A stretch of 63,860 bases of DNA, filler included, from Octopus bimaculoides (Eukaryota), in assembly GCF_001194135.2 (NCBI RefSeq). It is 6 parts of 6 records of this genome, joined end to end, with 100 filler letters (N's around TTAATTAATTAA, not from the genome) between each part and the next. Parts side by side here need not be neighbours in the genome. Positions count along the whole stretch, not along the records: positions 14,205 to 27,052 come from NC_068981.1; positions 27,153 to 55,079 come from NC_068987.1; 4 more parts are not named here. One strand, written 5' to 3'. Under the pieces are notes generated by a model that had not been told where the DNA came from, did no database searches, and saw only the letters and a list, made by a program, of their open reading frames with translations. Of the stretch, positions 26,725 to 39,559 are shown one piece after another. Within the stretch, counting starts at the first letter, position 1; each line of letters begins with the position of its first letter. A program made the translations under genes and the position numbers.

Positions 26725-28369
26725 TAAACAGTCTAGACTGTTGATTAACAGCCGAGTTAAGATGGTATTTTCTTGTTCTCCTATTCTTGCTTTTGCACAC
26801 ATCTACAAAATGACTTTCTAAAATAAAATTCCATTATGCAGCTGAGGAGTACATATTCATTGCACATCTTATGTGGTGTTCTCACTACATAAATAAATTA
26901 AGTTTGTACGAAACGTACGTACTGCTATAACCTATTGAATTTTGTTGTTTTCTTCAAATTTTATTCACCAAATCTCTTGATTTTGTTTTTGGTTTTACCC
27001 TACCAAATTCTGGTGCCTCAAACATTTTAAGTACCACATTTAATCTTTTGATNNNNNNNNNNNNNNNNNNNNNNNNNNNNNNNNNNNNNNNNNNNNTTAA
27101 TTAATTAANNNNNNNNNNNNNNNNNNNNNNNNNNNNNNNNNNNNNNNNNNNNTCTTTCTCTCTCTGTGAAAGTATCTGTCACTACAGTATCGAAATGTGA
27201 TTGTTTCAGTTAGTGGAATAGTTTCATTTTTAAAGTGAAAGTATTTGACATGAGTGTTTTTGTTTCACTTTTGACACGTAATACTTAAATAGTGGAGGAG
27301 ATATTATGTTGCCGTGTGCTCGAACTCTGCAAGAAGTTAATAATTTTTTATTACTAAAACACAACTGGAACCCTAAGTAAGGCATGTGTAAAATTTGAAT
27401 GAAATTGGTTGCGTAGTTCTCGAGTTTTAGGGATTCACACAGACAGACAGACAGACAGACACACATTCTCATTTTTATATATATAGATTTCATCTGTGTT
27501 TTCTGAGATAATGAAACCCATGTCTTCTTTGATATTTCTCTGCTGTCCTTATATTCAGTATGTAGGTGCCATATTTTTTCCTTACAATAGTAGATGATGT
27601 TCATAACAACACATTCACGTTTCTACCATACTTGGCTGATGTGTTTAATGTTCAGCCACACTCTCTCATTTCATTTCTGTTCTGCCATTCATGTTGAACT
27701 GTGATTTTAATTTATCTTTATATACACACACACACTTTTTGTCGCTTCTCTTCAGTCATGAAATATAACGTATTGCATAGTAATCTATTGATATTCATCC
27801 AGATGTGTCAGCTATTGTATGATATTTCTGAGCAAGTAACAGTTGGGCTATGAAATATTGGTGCCTGGATTTAGAAAGAAGTTGCTTAATGATGCAGAAA
27901 GTGTTGTGTGCAGTGCCTTCAGTTTATCAAATTATTAAGAGTTATTATTATTAATGACAGGAGGTATCCCAATATAAGTTGTGTTGTTGTTGTTTCAATG
28001 AGTACTCAAATTTGTTTCAACAAATATTCAAAGATTTCTAAACCACTATATTTATGCTAAACTCAGCGGATTTAGAGATTTTGAAAATTGCTTATATCTA
28101 TCTGGATGGATGACCATCACAATCCCCAATTAATCAGATATAAATTTAGAATTAAAATAGATTGTAAATCAAATGACAAGACACAATGTCTGAAGCAGAG
28201 TTTGAACTCACTAATTATTGTCATATACTTCACATGCAGTGTGTCCCAGAAAGATATACCCATTGATATTTCTTAATTATTCACAATAAACTTAAGGTAG
28301 AATAATGACATTTGGCACACATGTTCTAATGTAAATTTCCAATCCATTGCAGTAATTAGATTTCAAAAT

Positions 28370-29350
28370 GACCACCTTCATCATAGCCTGTAAGCAAGTG
28401 GTCACTGAGTTGCATGAGAGCGCCATACCATCTCTTCATCCAACATGACCCATGAAGACTGAAGGACTTTCTTCAAATCTGACACATTTGAATAGGAGCA
28501 AGCAGAAACATTTCTCTCTAAGATGGACCAGGTAGCAAAGTCCATGGGATTGATGTCTTGATTTGAAGGAGGCCATATCAGCTTGACTCCAAAACTGCTG
28601 AAATGCTCTTTGCACCGCCTCTGTGTCAAATTGGATATGTGGGCTAGAGCCCCATCTTGAGTGAAAGTGTAATGATCACCAAATGTTTCTGTGACCCAGA
28701 GTAACACTTTCTCATTCAACATTTCCGTATAAACTTCACTGTTGACCTTGATGCCGGCATCGATGAGGATCAAAGGAGACTTAGATCCATCAGATGCAAC
28801 TGTGGCCCACACCATAATTAAACCTGGCTTCTGATGGTGTAAATAACTCCTGCTATCTTTGGGCAAGTCTCCTGCATTATGTGCATAAAACCTCTCATTC
28901 TGCCTGTTGGTAAATCCCTCAACAGTGAAGATCTTCTCATTGGACCAGATTAACACTTTATTAGTGGCATGCTTCATCTCAGCTAACATAGTTTTACCCC
29001 TGTCAAACTGTTTCTTTTTGGAAACTGCTGAAATTTACTGCTGGGGTTGTTTCTTGTGTGCTGTTATCTTTAAATCCTCTTTAAAAATCCTGTGCATTGA
29101 CAATTTCAAAATATCAGGAGCGTTTACAGTTTTTTTTTTTTTTGCACTCTTGTGAAGATTTCAGTCCATTTGCTACATCACAGCTTCAACAGTTTGTTTG
29201 GTACAAATCGATCATTTCCTACCAGGAATTGGCTTGCTAGAGGTTGTAGCAGACTCCATATATTGTTACAAGGTATTGAACACTGTTTTATGGCACACAT
29301 TCAACTGTTTTGTTATGTCCTAGTTGCTTACTCCAGCTATTCCCAAAGTG
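28370..29350 (-). mobile_element. maT/DD37D Tc1/mariner transposase, decayed
   Basis: ORF 28402-28989: IWSNEKIFTV..VWATVASDGSKSP..FTQDGALAH..WPPSNQDINPMDFATW. Boundaries are approximate. Confidence 0.85.
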
Positions 29351-30030
29351 ACAATCTGATCACATTTTGCTTTTGATACCATGTTTGTTTACAAACCTGT
29401 TAAAGACGAACAAAACAATAGACACATGAACAAAAGACATATTCTTTAGGAAGAGTTTTAAACATGGGTAAATCTTTCTGGAATGCCCATTAGAACATTG
29501 GAAATCCAGTTTTGTCTTCGACATCAAAATGAATGCAAACAGATTTAAAGTTGAAGTTATTAGTTTCATTGAAACATATTTTTGATTATCATGTATTTTT
29601 TGTTGCTATAAAGTTAATGCATTGCAAGTAGGAATGAAAATAGCTAACTACTTACAGATGGTTCATGAGTTTGTATCCTTCTTGAAGCAGTTTTGTTTTG
29701 TATGTAGCAAGCCACTACTTGATCCTACTTACCACAGTTTATCAAAGACCATTCACAGAAACAGGCCTGTGATAAATAAGTAGTATTTAAAAGATTTGTT
29801 TTTCATTTACCTGGGCTAGGTACCATTCCTATAGATTCTTTTGGTTTAGAGAAAACATTTAGAAAAAGTAATGTTATCAGACAAACTGTTAAGATTTCTG
29901 TAGTCAAACAACATTGTTAAGATTGACTTTTAACTTCTAAATGTTTATAACTTCTCAACAAATTATGCTTGTACATTAAAGTTACTGAATCATTATCAGA
30001 TTTATATAATTTGATAATTATTTTTTACAG

Positions 30031-30245
30031 ACAAGCGTTACTTCAGTGGCCAGACTAAGTCCAGCCATTCTGTAGACGGTGATCATTCCTACTCCTATGG
30101 CCCTTATGGTAATTACTACAATGGATATAGTTCAGTTTATGAAAAATATGACATGCAATATAGCTTCCAACCACCCTTGTTAAGATCACCTACCAGGCAG
30201 GAAAGCGGAAAATATCAACAACCAGTCTCTCACTTTAATAGCCCT
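30031..30245 (+). CDS. Internal exon of an unidentified Tyr/Ser/Gly-rich protein
   Basis: ttttttacag| acceptor and CCT|gtaagt donor. 215 nt, phase 1 to 0, open frame KRYFSGQTKSSHSVDGDHSYSYGPYGNYYNGYSSVYEKYDMQYSFQPPLLRSPTRQESGKYQQPVSHFNSP. The other two frames stop early. Confidence 0.72.
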
Positions 30246-30394
30246 GTAAGTATTTTACTATTTTAGTTTGATATATTCATTTAAACTGCTTTCTACTTGA
30301 TAAGTGAAAATGTTGTTATTATTTAACATAACTTCTGATGATTTATCTGTCACATCTGAGCTTCATCCCACAGCTTAGATATGCAACAATTTTC

Positions 30395-30700
30395 TAACAC
30401 ATGAGCTATTTCAAGTATTGCTGCCAAATGAGTACTTGCTATGAGGTTTGGTATTTGCTGCTTTTGATGCCAGAATATTACTTTGTGATGGTCACAAGTG
30501 CACCGATCACAATAGGTACCACACTCTCTTTTGAGACTCTGTGAATGCTTTTCACTTCCAATGCTAGGTTTTGGTACTTCTCGACTTTCTTGTCCTCTGT
30601 CTTCACAATATTCTGGTTTGCAGGTATAGCGACATTGATGAAGGTCCATTTTTGAACTCCTTCCACAGGAGAGTGGTATCTGGCTGATTATAAGCTCCTC
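30395..30700 (-). mobile_element. REL-endonuclease LINE 3' end (R4/Dong-like)
   Basis: FINVAIPANQNIVKTEDKKVEKYQNLALEV..VVPIVIGALVTI. Confidence 0.75.
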
Positions 30701-31342
30701 CTCTGCATCACCATCATTATCATCATCATTGCCACCACCACAATCATCATCATCACCATCACAATTATCATCATCATCATTAAGGTAGTGAGCTGGCAGA
30801 ATCATTAGTACGCCAGGTGAAATGCTTAGCAGTATTTCATCTGTCTTCATATTCTGAGTTCAAATGCTGCTGGGGTCGACTTTGCCTTTCATCCTTTCGA
30901 GGTGGATAAAATTAAGTACCAGTGAATCACTGGGGTCGATGTAGTTGACTAGTCTCCTCCTCTTAAATTTCAGGCCTTGTGCCTATAGTAGAAAGGATTA
31001 TTATTATTATTATTATTTCATAGCCACATCTATGAAGTAGAACTAAATTATTTTGTCAGAATAGCCTGCCTTCTTGCATCTCACCTATTTATTATTTTTA
31101 ATACTTTCAAGCTGAGAGTGGCTGGCAGCACTTAGACTGTAAAATCATTTTAAAGGAATCTTAGGTCTTCCAGAATAATTTATTAGCAACAAAACCTATT
31201 ATTAATATAGTCTTGTATTATATAGTGGTCACTAGAATTTGCTGCCAAAAGCTGTGTTTTTGAAAAGGTTAACATTCTCTGTCAGCACTAACTTTCTTAG
31301 ATCATTGACCACTATATTTCATTTGCTTTTACTTACATGCAG

Positions 31343-31423
31343 TCTAGTTACCATTGCAATCAAACTGCTCCTCTCAGTAACTGGGTACAGAGCAGTGGTC
31401 AAGGAAACTTTGAATTAAATTGT
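31343..31423 (+). CDS. Probable 81-nt exon of the same + strand gene
   Basis: ttttacttacatgcag| acceptor. Phase 0 SSYHCNQTAPLSNWVQSSGQGNFELNC, donor TGT|gtatga. Phases match both flanking exons. Confidence 0.5.
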
Positions 31424-31599
31424 GTATGATGACTTCACAAGGTAACTGTTTTTGATACAGTCTTACTGAAAACCAGGTTGAAGTTATAGTAAAACTAGAA
31501 TATTTATTATCATGGTGGCAAAAGTATACTTCCAAATTTATCCCTCATATAAAAGGTAACTTTGGAAGTATATGTTTGCCACTATGGGTAATATCTGGA

Positions 31600-33300
31600 A
31601 ATATATGGAGTGGGTCATAGCCCAACTAATTAGGGACAGAGTTAATCTAGATGAGATGCCATTTGATTTTGTGCCAGAGAGAAGCACCACTGATGCTATA
31701 TTTCTGGTAAGGCAGCTGCAGGAGAAATACCTAACCAAAGATAAACCTCTGTACTTGGCTTTTGTTGACATGGAGAAAGCTTTTGACAGGCCTCCCGATC
31801 CCTTATCTGGTGGTCAATGCGGAAACTAGGGATAAACGAGTGGTTGGTGAGAGCTGTACATGCCATATACAGGGATGCTGTCAGTAAGGTGAGGGTTGGC
31901 AATGAGTATAGCAATGAATTCAGGGTACAGGTAGGGGTTCACCAAAGATCAGTCTTCAGGCCCCTCTTGTTCATCATAGTCCTCCAGGTATTAACAGAGG
32001 AATTTAAGATAGGCTGCCCCTTGGAGCTCCCCTATGACCTTCTTATAACTGAATCACTACCAGAAATAGAGAAGCAATTTCAGGTGTGGAAGGAAGGTCT
32101 GGAATCAAAGGGCCTTAGATTTAACCTAGCTAAAATCAAGGTTTTAGTAAGTAGAAAAGCAGACACATCACAAATCTCTTCAGTTAGATGGCCCTGCTTG
32201 ATCTGTAGGAAAGGCCTAGTTAGAAGAAACTCCATAAGATGTACCCAGTGCAAGCTATGGACATATAAGAGGTGCAGCAATATCAGAGGAAGATTAACAG
32301 GGAAGATAGTTTGTGTGTGGAAGGTGCACAGGTACAATAAACACTGAAAATGTACAGGAATAAACACCATCGATTGCCAGTGGGGTACACTAGAGATAGT
32401 CAATAGCTTCTGTTATTTAGGTGAGCAAGTCAGTAGTGGAGGTGGATGCTTTGAGAACATAGCTGCGAGAATAAGAATATGCTGGGCAAAATTCAGAGAG
32501 ACCCTACCCCTGTTGGCAACAAAGGGCCTCTCTCATAGACTGAAAGGTAGACTGTATGATGCTGTGTTGGAACAGTTAACTGTGGAGGGAACCTGTGGTA
32601 GAGGTAGACCCAAGAAGACATGGGACGAGGTGGTGAAACATGATCTTCAAATGTTGGGCCTTACAGTGGCAATGACTGAGACATTTGGCGATATGCCATG
32701 CTTGAGAAGACCTGTCAAGCCAAGTGAAATTGTAGTCATGGCTGATGCTAGTGTCACGTAACTGGCACCCATGCCGGTGGCATGTAACAAGCACCATTTG
32801 AGCGTTAGGCCGAACGAAGGCAATGTGGCCAATGCCGGTGTCATGTAATTGGCACAGAAAAAACACTTCGAGCATTGGGCCTCATAGAGGCAATGTGACT
32901 GATGTCAGTGTCATATAACTGGTACCTGTGCTAGTGGTACATAAAAAGCACCATTTGAGTGTTGGACCTCAAAGAGGCAGTGTGACCAATGCTGGTGTTA
33001 CATAACTGGCACCAGTGCCAGAGGGATGTAAAAAGCATCATTTGAGCATTGGGCCTCATGGAGGTAATGTGGCTGATGCTGGTATCATGTAACTGGCACT
33101 TATGCTGGTGGCATGTAAAAGCACTCATTACACTCTCAGATTGGTTGGTGTTAGGAAGGGCATCCAGCTGTAGAAACTATACTAAATCAGACTAGAACCT
33201 GGTGTAGCCCCTCAGCTCACCAGTCCTGGTCAAACTGTCCAACCAATGCCAGAATGGACAACAGACATTAAATAAGAATGATGATGAGGATGATGATGAT
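31600..33300 (+). mobile_element. 5'-truncated RTE-clade LINE with tandem-repeat 3' UTR / SINE-like tail
   Basis: TTDAIFLVRQLQEKY..LAFVDMEKAFDR; VGVHQRSV..PLLFIIV; TCGRGRPKKTW. ~75-80 bp tandem units at 32750-33130 and a gatgat tail. Confidence 0.92.
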
Positions 33301-33792
33301 GATGATACAATAATTATCATTTAACATTTATCATATTTCTTGGTATTTATACAGAATGATGAAACGAATACTAATTTTCAAAAGAAAAGTATTTATTACC
33401 TTAAAAGTAAATAAAACATATTTCTCATTTGTGTAACTCTTCTCATAACTATTCTATCACTGACTCTCTCTCCCCCTGCCACCAAGCCTAGCATGTGCAC
33501 TTATGCTACACTTTTTATATCAACTCTCTTTGTATCTCTCTTTTACTCTTTCTTCCTCTCTATGCAATGTAAAGTGTGACTGGAAAAATCAACCAACCAA
33601 CCTTTTATATTGGCTATTATTATTATATAGAGATATTTTGTAAATTTTAGTTTGATATTATAACACTGTTGTTATCTAAATTTCTTTTCAGTTTGCTTAT
33701 GTGCAATTACATTATTAATGTAATATATGTAATTGTAATATGCTTTTATTTACATATGATTTTAATATTAAACCATACTTGTACATCTATAG

Positions 33793-34029
33793 GTCAACAG
33801 TGGCTTTTCCAATTACTACTATGATAGTTATCCACAAGAATACTATAATGGAGATGTATATTACAGTACCTTCCAGACTAGGCCAGCATCTAGCTATAAG
33901 ACCCTATCTGAAAAAGATGGACAGCTGGAAAATGCTAAAGGAGATGGGTTAGCTAGTAAAGAGAGAGACTCTATTGAGAATCCTAACAAAAACACTTGTG
34001 CTGAAGAAAGTGTTTTCAACAATGATTTT
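33793..34029 (+). CDS. Internal exon of the same Tyr-rich + strand gene
   Basis: catctatag| acceptor and TTT|gtaagt donor. 237 nt, phase 0-0: VNSGFSNYYYDSYPQEYYNGDVYYSTFQTRPASSYKTLSEKDGQLENAKGDGLASKERDSIENPNKNTCAEESVFNNDF. Confidence 0.72.
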
Positions 34030-34129
34030 GTAAGTGCAGGTGTTAAGAATTTGATTTTTAAAAAATTCTTTCTCATCAATGTCATTATCGTCATAATTAT
34101 TACTATGGTTGTGGAAGTTCATCATCATT

Positions 34130-34190
<61 letters not shown>

Positions 34191-34263
34191 CCACCACCAT
34201 CACCATCATCATCATTGCTTATATATTTCTTAACTTTCTTTTTGCTGTAACTGCAAGTCACAG

Positions 34264-34356
34264 AATATCAGGACTTTCAGATTACTACTTCATGAAGAGG
34301 AAATAAGCAATGAACCACTTCAGAAATTGGTGGTGGTGGTGGGTGCTTTTAATTAG
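34264..34356 (+). CDS. Possible terminal exon of the + strand gene
   Basis: Pyrimidine tract then cacag|. Phase 0 NIRTFRLLLHEEEISNEPLQKLVVVVGAFN*. Supported by phase compatibility only. Confidence 0.25.
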   Translation, partial: NIRTFRLLLHEEEISNEPLQKLVVVVGAFN

Positions 34357-35189
34357 GACAGTATTTGTTGTTGGGTAGCTTGTAAATAGTATTTAACAAT
34401 AGGTAATTGATGAAACATGGAGGGGGAAAATCTTGTTTGATTATTGCTCCAGTGTTGAAATTGTACTGCAGTGTCAGTGAGATTAGTAATAATTGTTCAA
34501 ATTTTGGCACAAGATGAGTAATTTTTGGAAGAGGGTATTTGTAAATTATATCAACCTCTGTACTTGTCTGGTACTTTATTTTATCAACCCTGAATAGATG
34601 AGAGGCAGAGCTGACCTTGGAAAGATTTAAAATCAGAAAGTAAAGAGCTGGAAAAAATGCAGCCAAGTGTTTTGTTTGATGCACTAACAATTCTGCCAGC
34701 TCACCACCTTAATCATAATAATAATAATAAAAGTAATCCTTTCTACTAAAATACAAGGCCTGAAATTTCAGGGGATGGGGCTAGCTGATTACATTGATTT
34801 CAGTACTCAATTGGTACTTATTTCATCAACACTGAAAGGATGAAAGGCAAAGTCGATCTCGGCAAAGTCAAACTCAGATTGTAATGACAGATGAAATGCT
34901 GCCAAGCATTTTGTCTGGTGTGCTAACAATTCTGACAGCTCACTACCTTAATATTAATGGTAATCGTAATTCTTTCTAATTTTGACTGAAGACCAACGAT
35001 TTTGAGAGAAGGGGTAAGTTGATTACACTGATCTTGAAAGGATGAAAGGCAAAGTTGACTTTGGCAGGACTTGAACATTGAACATAAAGAGCTGGAAGGA
35101 ATGCTATGAAGCATTTTATCTCATATGCTAACAATTCTGTCAACTCATCGCCTTCAAATGTTTTCAAATTTTGGCACAAGGCCAGTAAC

Positions 35190-35410
35190 TTGTGAGGAGA
35201 AGTTCTCACCAACCACTCATCTATCTCTAGCTTCCACATTGACTACCAAATAAGGGAGCAGGAAACCCTGTCAAAGGCTTTTCCCATGTCAACAAAAGCC
35301 AATTACAGAGGTTTGTTTTTGACTAATTCTCCTGCAGTTGCCTACCATCAGTAGTGCTTCTCCCTTCTGCAAAACCACACTGCATTTCATCTAGCCTATT
35401 CCATCTTAAT
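35190..35410 (-). mobile_element. RTE LINE RT fragment
   Basis: Minus-strand ..KPL*LAFVDMGKAFDR, homologous to the 31.7 kb and 49.9 kb copies. Confidence 0.7.
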
Positions 35411-35989
35411 AATACAAATTATCTCCCATTTTGTGGTAAGCTAAGAAGGTAGGGGGATTTATACTTCTCCCTAGATACACCACTTCATAACACCTATGAT
35501 TGGGTGAGCCATTGAAAACGTTTCTATGTGGTTACTCAATTTCCTAGAAATAGTTACCAAATCTCACTCAAATTACATTCCATCATATTAGGAGTAAGAC
35601 TCATAGAAATAATATATAGTCCTTATCTATTCCCGCCCCACCCACCAAAGAAAAGAATGGTCATAGCTAAACTTCATTTGACCATTAGTCTAGTTGTTCA
35701 AGTGTTCTTCTGGAGCTAAACAACAACAATACACAGACTCACCATTCTTCAGCTGAGTAACTAGCATCATATCTGCTCAGATCTTTCTGTTGTTTTATAA
35801 TTGTCTTTGATAATCTAGCTGTAGTCAGGTTATTAGTTGAACAGTTGATGGAGATATAAGTAATTCAAAATAGTTGAATGAAGAAAAAATTGACTGAATT
35901 TCAGTGAATATTTGAAATTTAAAAAATAGGAGGGAAAATGGTTTTATTAACAATTTTTTTTTTTATTAAACTGTTATTGTGTGTGAATG

Positions 35990-36357
35990 TCATGTTGACA
36001 ATCTGAAAATCAGTGTAGCTTATGTTAATGTTCTTTTATGGCCTCTCTTTCATCTTTTATCATTGTAAGCTTGCTGAAGCATGCACAATGTCTCTGTAGC
36101 AGACTTCCCAAGTTTAATGCAATTTTCACATTGGCGCTTTGTTGCAACTTCCTCTCCATGACAAAAAATCGCAGACTATAGCATATACATGATCACAAAA
36201 TCTCAAATTTCACAACTTGCAAAGTAAACACAGTGATGTCACTTGGCACACTGCCTTATGAAGGTCACTGCTAGCTTTCACTGTGCATGTAACTATGTGC
36301 TACTATCTGTTGGCATGCTATAGAACTAGTCCAGTAACTTTTTGATACCATCTCATA
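35990..36357 (-). mobile_element. Mariner-like 5' remnant / MITE
   Basis: Terminal-like agtccagtaactttttgatacc and a short MERKLQQSAN-like start on the minus strand. Confidence 0.4.
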
Positions 36358-38056
36358 TCATCTTGTTCAATTTCTCTTAACTATAGCACTATTTTAGCTG
36401 CTGTAATGCATCATGCAGAGATGCACATTTTTCATTCCCCACATTTTTATGCTACTAGTTTCTCTTCTCCTTAAAACCATCTCCCCATGTCACCACCTTG
36501 CATTCTCAATATTATACCATACCACTATTTTATACCATCTCATATCAGTCATTGAACCCTCCCCTCACCTTTGTTCCTCTCTCTCTCTCCCTCTTTCCCT
36601 ATATATTCTGCTACATGCCTTTGATCTCTGCCCTTGTAACTGAGCAACCCTCACTCTCCCTTCACACTTCACATTGTCTCCCTATTTCTTGTTTGTATGG
36701 TTTTATTACAATACTGCTTTCCACCCCACTATTTTTACACTACCACTTATTTCCTCCTCCTCTTTGACCTGCACTTATTTCCTTCCATCTTCTCACAAAC
36801 TGATATTCCCGATTGATCATGTCCCTTCCTTTGTTTGCTGTTCACAACATCATCTTTATCCCTATATCTCATCCTCGGTCACTCACCTCATATTCTTGCA
36901 AACTTACTTGTTCCACTATCCCCATCCCCTCACATTCATCCTCTTGTACCTTGAGTATATGTCCTGATACCTCATCAGCACCATCTTCTCTCCTTTTCCA
37001 GCTGGGGGTGGCCATCTGTCTCCTGTAAAACACCTGTTCCTATCACACTATCATACTTTTGCTTCTCAATACCTGGGATAAACCTTCTCCCTCAATTAAG
37101 GAGACACGAAAAAGTACACAGTACATTCTGAAAAAGACTGGCATTAGTAAGGGCATTAAATGATAGGAAACATGCCAAAACAGACAGTAGACCTCTCTGA
37201 TCATGTCAAACAACCCATGCCAACAATGAATACAGATGCTAAATTATGATGATGAGGACAATGACAACATATATATATATATAAACTTTTAGAAAAATTT
37301 TAATATTTGCTATAATTCAAATGGTTGTTGATTCAAGAAACTGTCCATATACCATACCATTTCGATGCTAAAGCATTAACATTAATGACAATATTACGGA
37401 TTTCTGTTTCCATTCGTATAATATTCATTATATTCCTGAGTTACCCTTTTTTGATCTGAGATAAACATCATTATCATTTTGTAATAACATTGCTATAATA
37501 TGAGTCTTTCATTATGCATCAAGACCTATTAATTCTCTATTCCACTGGATCATATTGTTATTGTGTTGCTTCCTTTAAATTGGTGATGGATAATTTTCAT
37601 TTATTTCCTTTACAAATCATAAAAGATTACAATTTCAACTTAATTGAGTGTAGTCAGTTGGTTTAAGCACCAACATTATTTTGGTGTCCATGCCATTAAA
37701 GAAAATAATAATGTCATTAAACTAGAGTGTCTATGCCATTAATAAAAAAAATATATAATGTCATTAAACTTTGCGATAATTATAACATTTTGGTTTGCAT
37801 GTATGAATATTTGATTTTTCCAGTTGGAGGTATTCTTGAAAAACATATGTGATGGAAATTGCTAATAAGAGTATAAAGGATGTTAACAAAAATGCTAAAA
37901 TAACAGAACGAGAAAATTATAGTTATCACATCCCAAATACTATACAAGTTTAATTACTTTTAATATACACAATATGTTGTGGTCAATGAGTCACTCATTG
38001 TTCTACATTGTTATTGTCTACAATAAATACTCTATTTAATTTCACAAATGGTGCGT

Positions 38057-38164
<108 letters not shown>

Positions 38165-38577
38165 CAAAACCATCATGGTATCTATGAATATTGATTAATA
38201 GGTATATACTGATATTAATAAAGTAGTATTGAGGTAAAAGAACATTCTAATTATATATTAAAAAAATTATATTCTAAGGAGTTTTTTTTATATATGCAGT
38301 AAATATATCAGTATAGTTTTATATACGCTAAGTATGAATTAATAGAGATACAAAGACTTGCTTAATTTATTTATGAATAAATAAAGGCTAGTTATTAATT
38401 AATAAAGAAATGAAATAAAATAATCAATTAGGGCAGAATACCATAGAAATAAAATAGCTTAATTACCAATGCTATGGTAAAATATATTTAGCCTATTAAC
38501 ACCAATAGAGAAGATTTATATAGAAAATGTATAATGATTTAAAATATATTGGACTAAAAATTTAAAATTTAACTTGT

Positions 38578-38995
38578 ATAGGCGTAGGAGTGACTGTGTG
38601 GTCAGTAGCTTGCTTACCAACCACATGGTTCCGGGTTCAGTCTCACTGCGTGGCACCTTGGGCAAGTGTCTTCTACTATAGCCTTGGGCCGACCAAAGCC
38701 TTGTGAGTGGATTTGGTAGAGGGAAACTGAAAGAAGCCTGTCGTATATGTGTGTATATATATATATATGTATGAGTGTGTATATGTTTGCGTGTCTGTGT
38801 TTGTCTCCCCAACATCGCTTGACAACCGATGCTGGTGTGTTTACGTCCCCGTAACTTAGCGGTTTGGCAAAAGAGACCGATAGAATAAGTACTAGGCTTC
38901 CAAAGAATAAGTCCTGGGGTCGATTTGCTCGACTAAAAGTGGTGCTCCAGCATGGCCACAGTCAAGTGACTGAAACAAGTAAAAGAGTAAAGAGC
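38578..38995 (+). mobile_element. tRNA-derived SINE, full length (same family as 14257)
   Basis: A/B-box head, internal (TA/TG)n and 3' ctgaaacaagtaaaagag tail. The same tail occurs at 63580-63725. Confidence 0.85.
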
Positions 38996-39559
38996 TAATA
39001 CCAATAAAAGACTGATGTCTGGTATCAGTTAAAAGAATATTTAAGTTATGGAACATTCAAAATTTTACATTAATCTTTCCATATATAAATTGAGGGATTA
39101 TTTTATAGGTTTAAGAATTAAAGAAGTTATTAAAAAATTTTTTTTTTACTCCTTACATGGAATTTATAGTTTCTTAGTAATACTAGGATAAGGAGGGTAG
39201 AGCCATTTATGAAAGAGAAAAATCAAGTAATCTAAAAAGATTATTTCAAAACAGAGTTTTGTACAGAGTTAAAATTCAGGGTAATCAAGAAGATTATTAA
39301 GAATGAAATTTTAACAAAATGATAAAAAACTTCTATGAATATAAAGAGTATATACCAAAATATTTTCTTACCACAATGGAGGGAGGAAAATGAAATAGTT
39401 TAATATTTACTTACTTATTACCTATCTAATATTAACTTATAATATGGTTACTATAAAGATTGATCACTTCAATAAAGAAGATTTTTTAGAAAATATGTAA
39501 TAATTCAAGTATCTAAAAACTAAAATTGTTTATTTACTTAATTAGCTTGTATGTATACT

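Noticed and set aside
29658-29782. Candidate first exon MVHEFVSFLKQ.. for the + gene
   Set aside because: No donor gives the phase 1 needed to join exon 30031.
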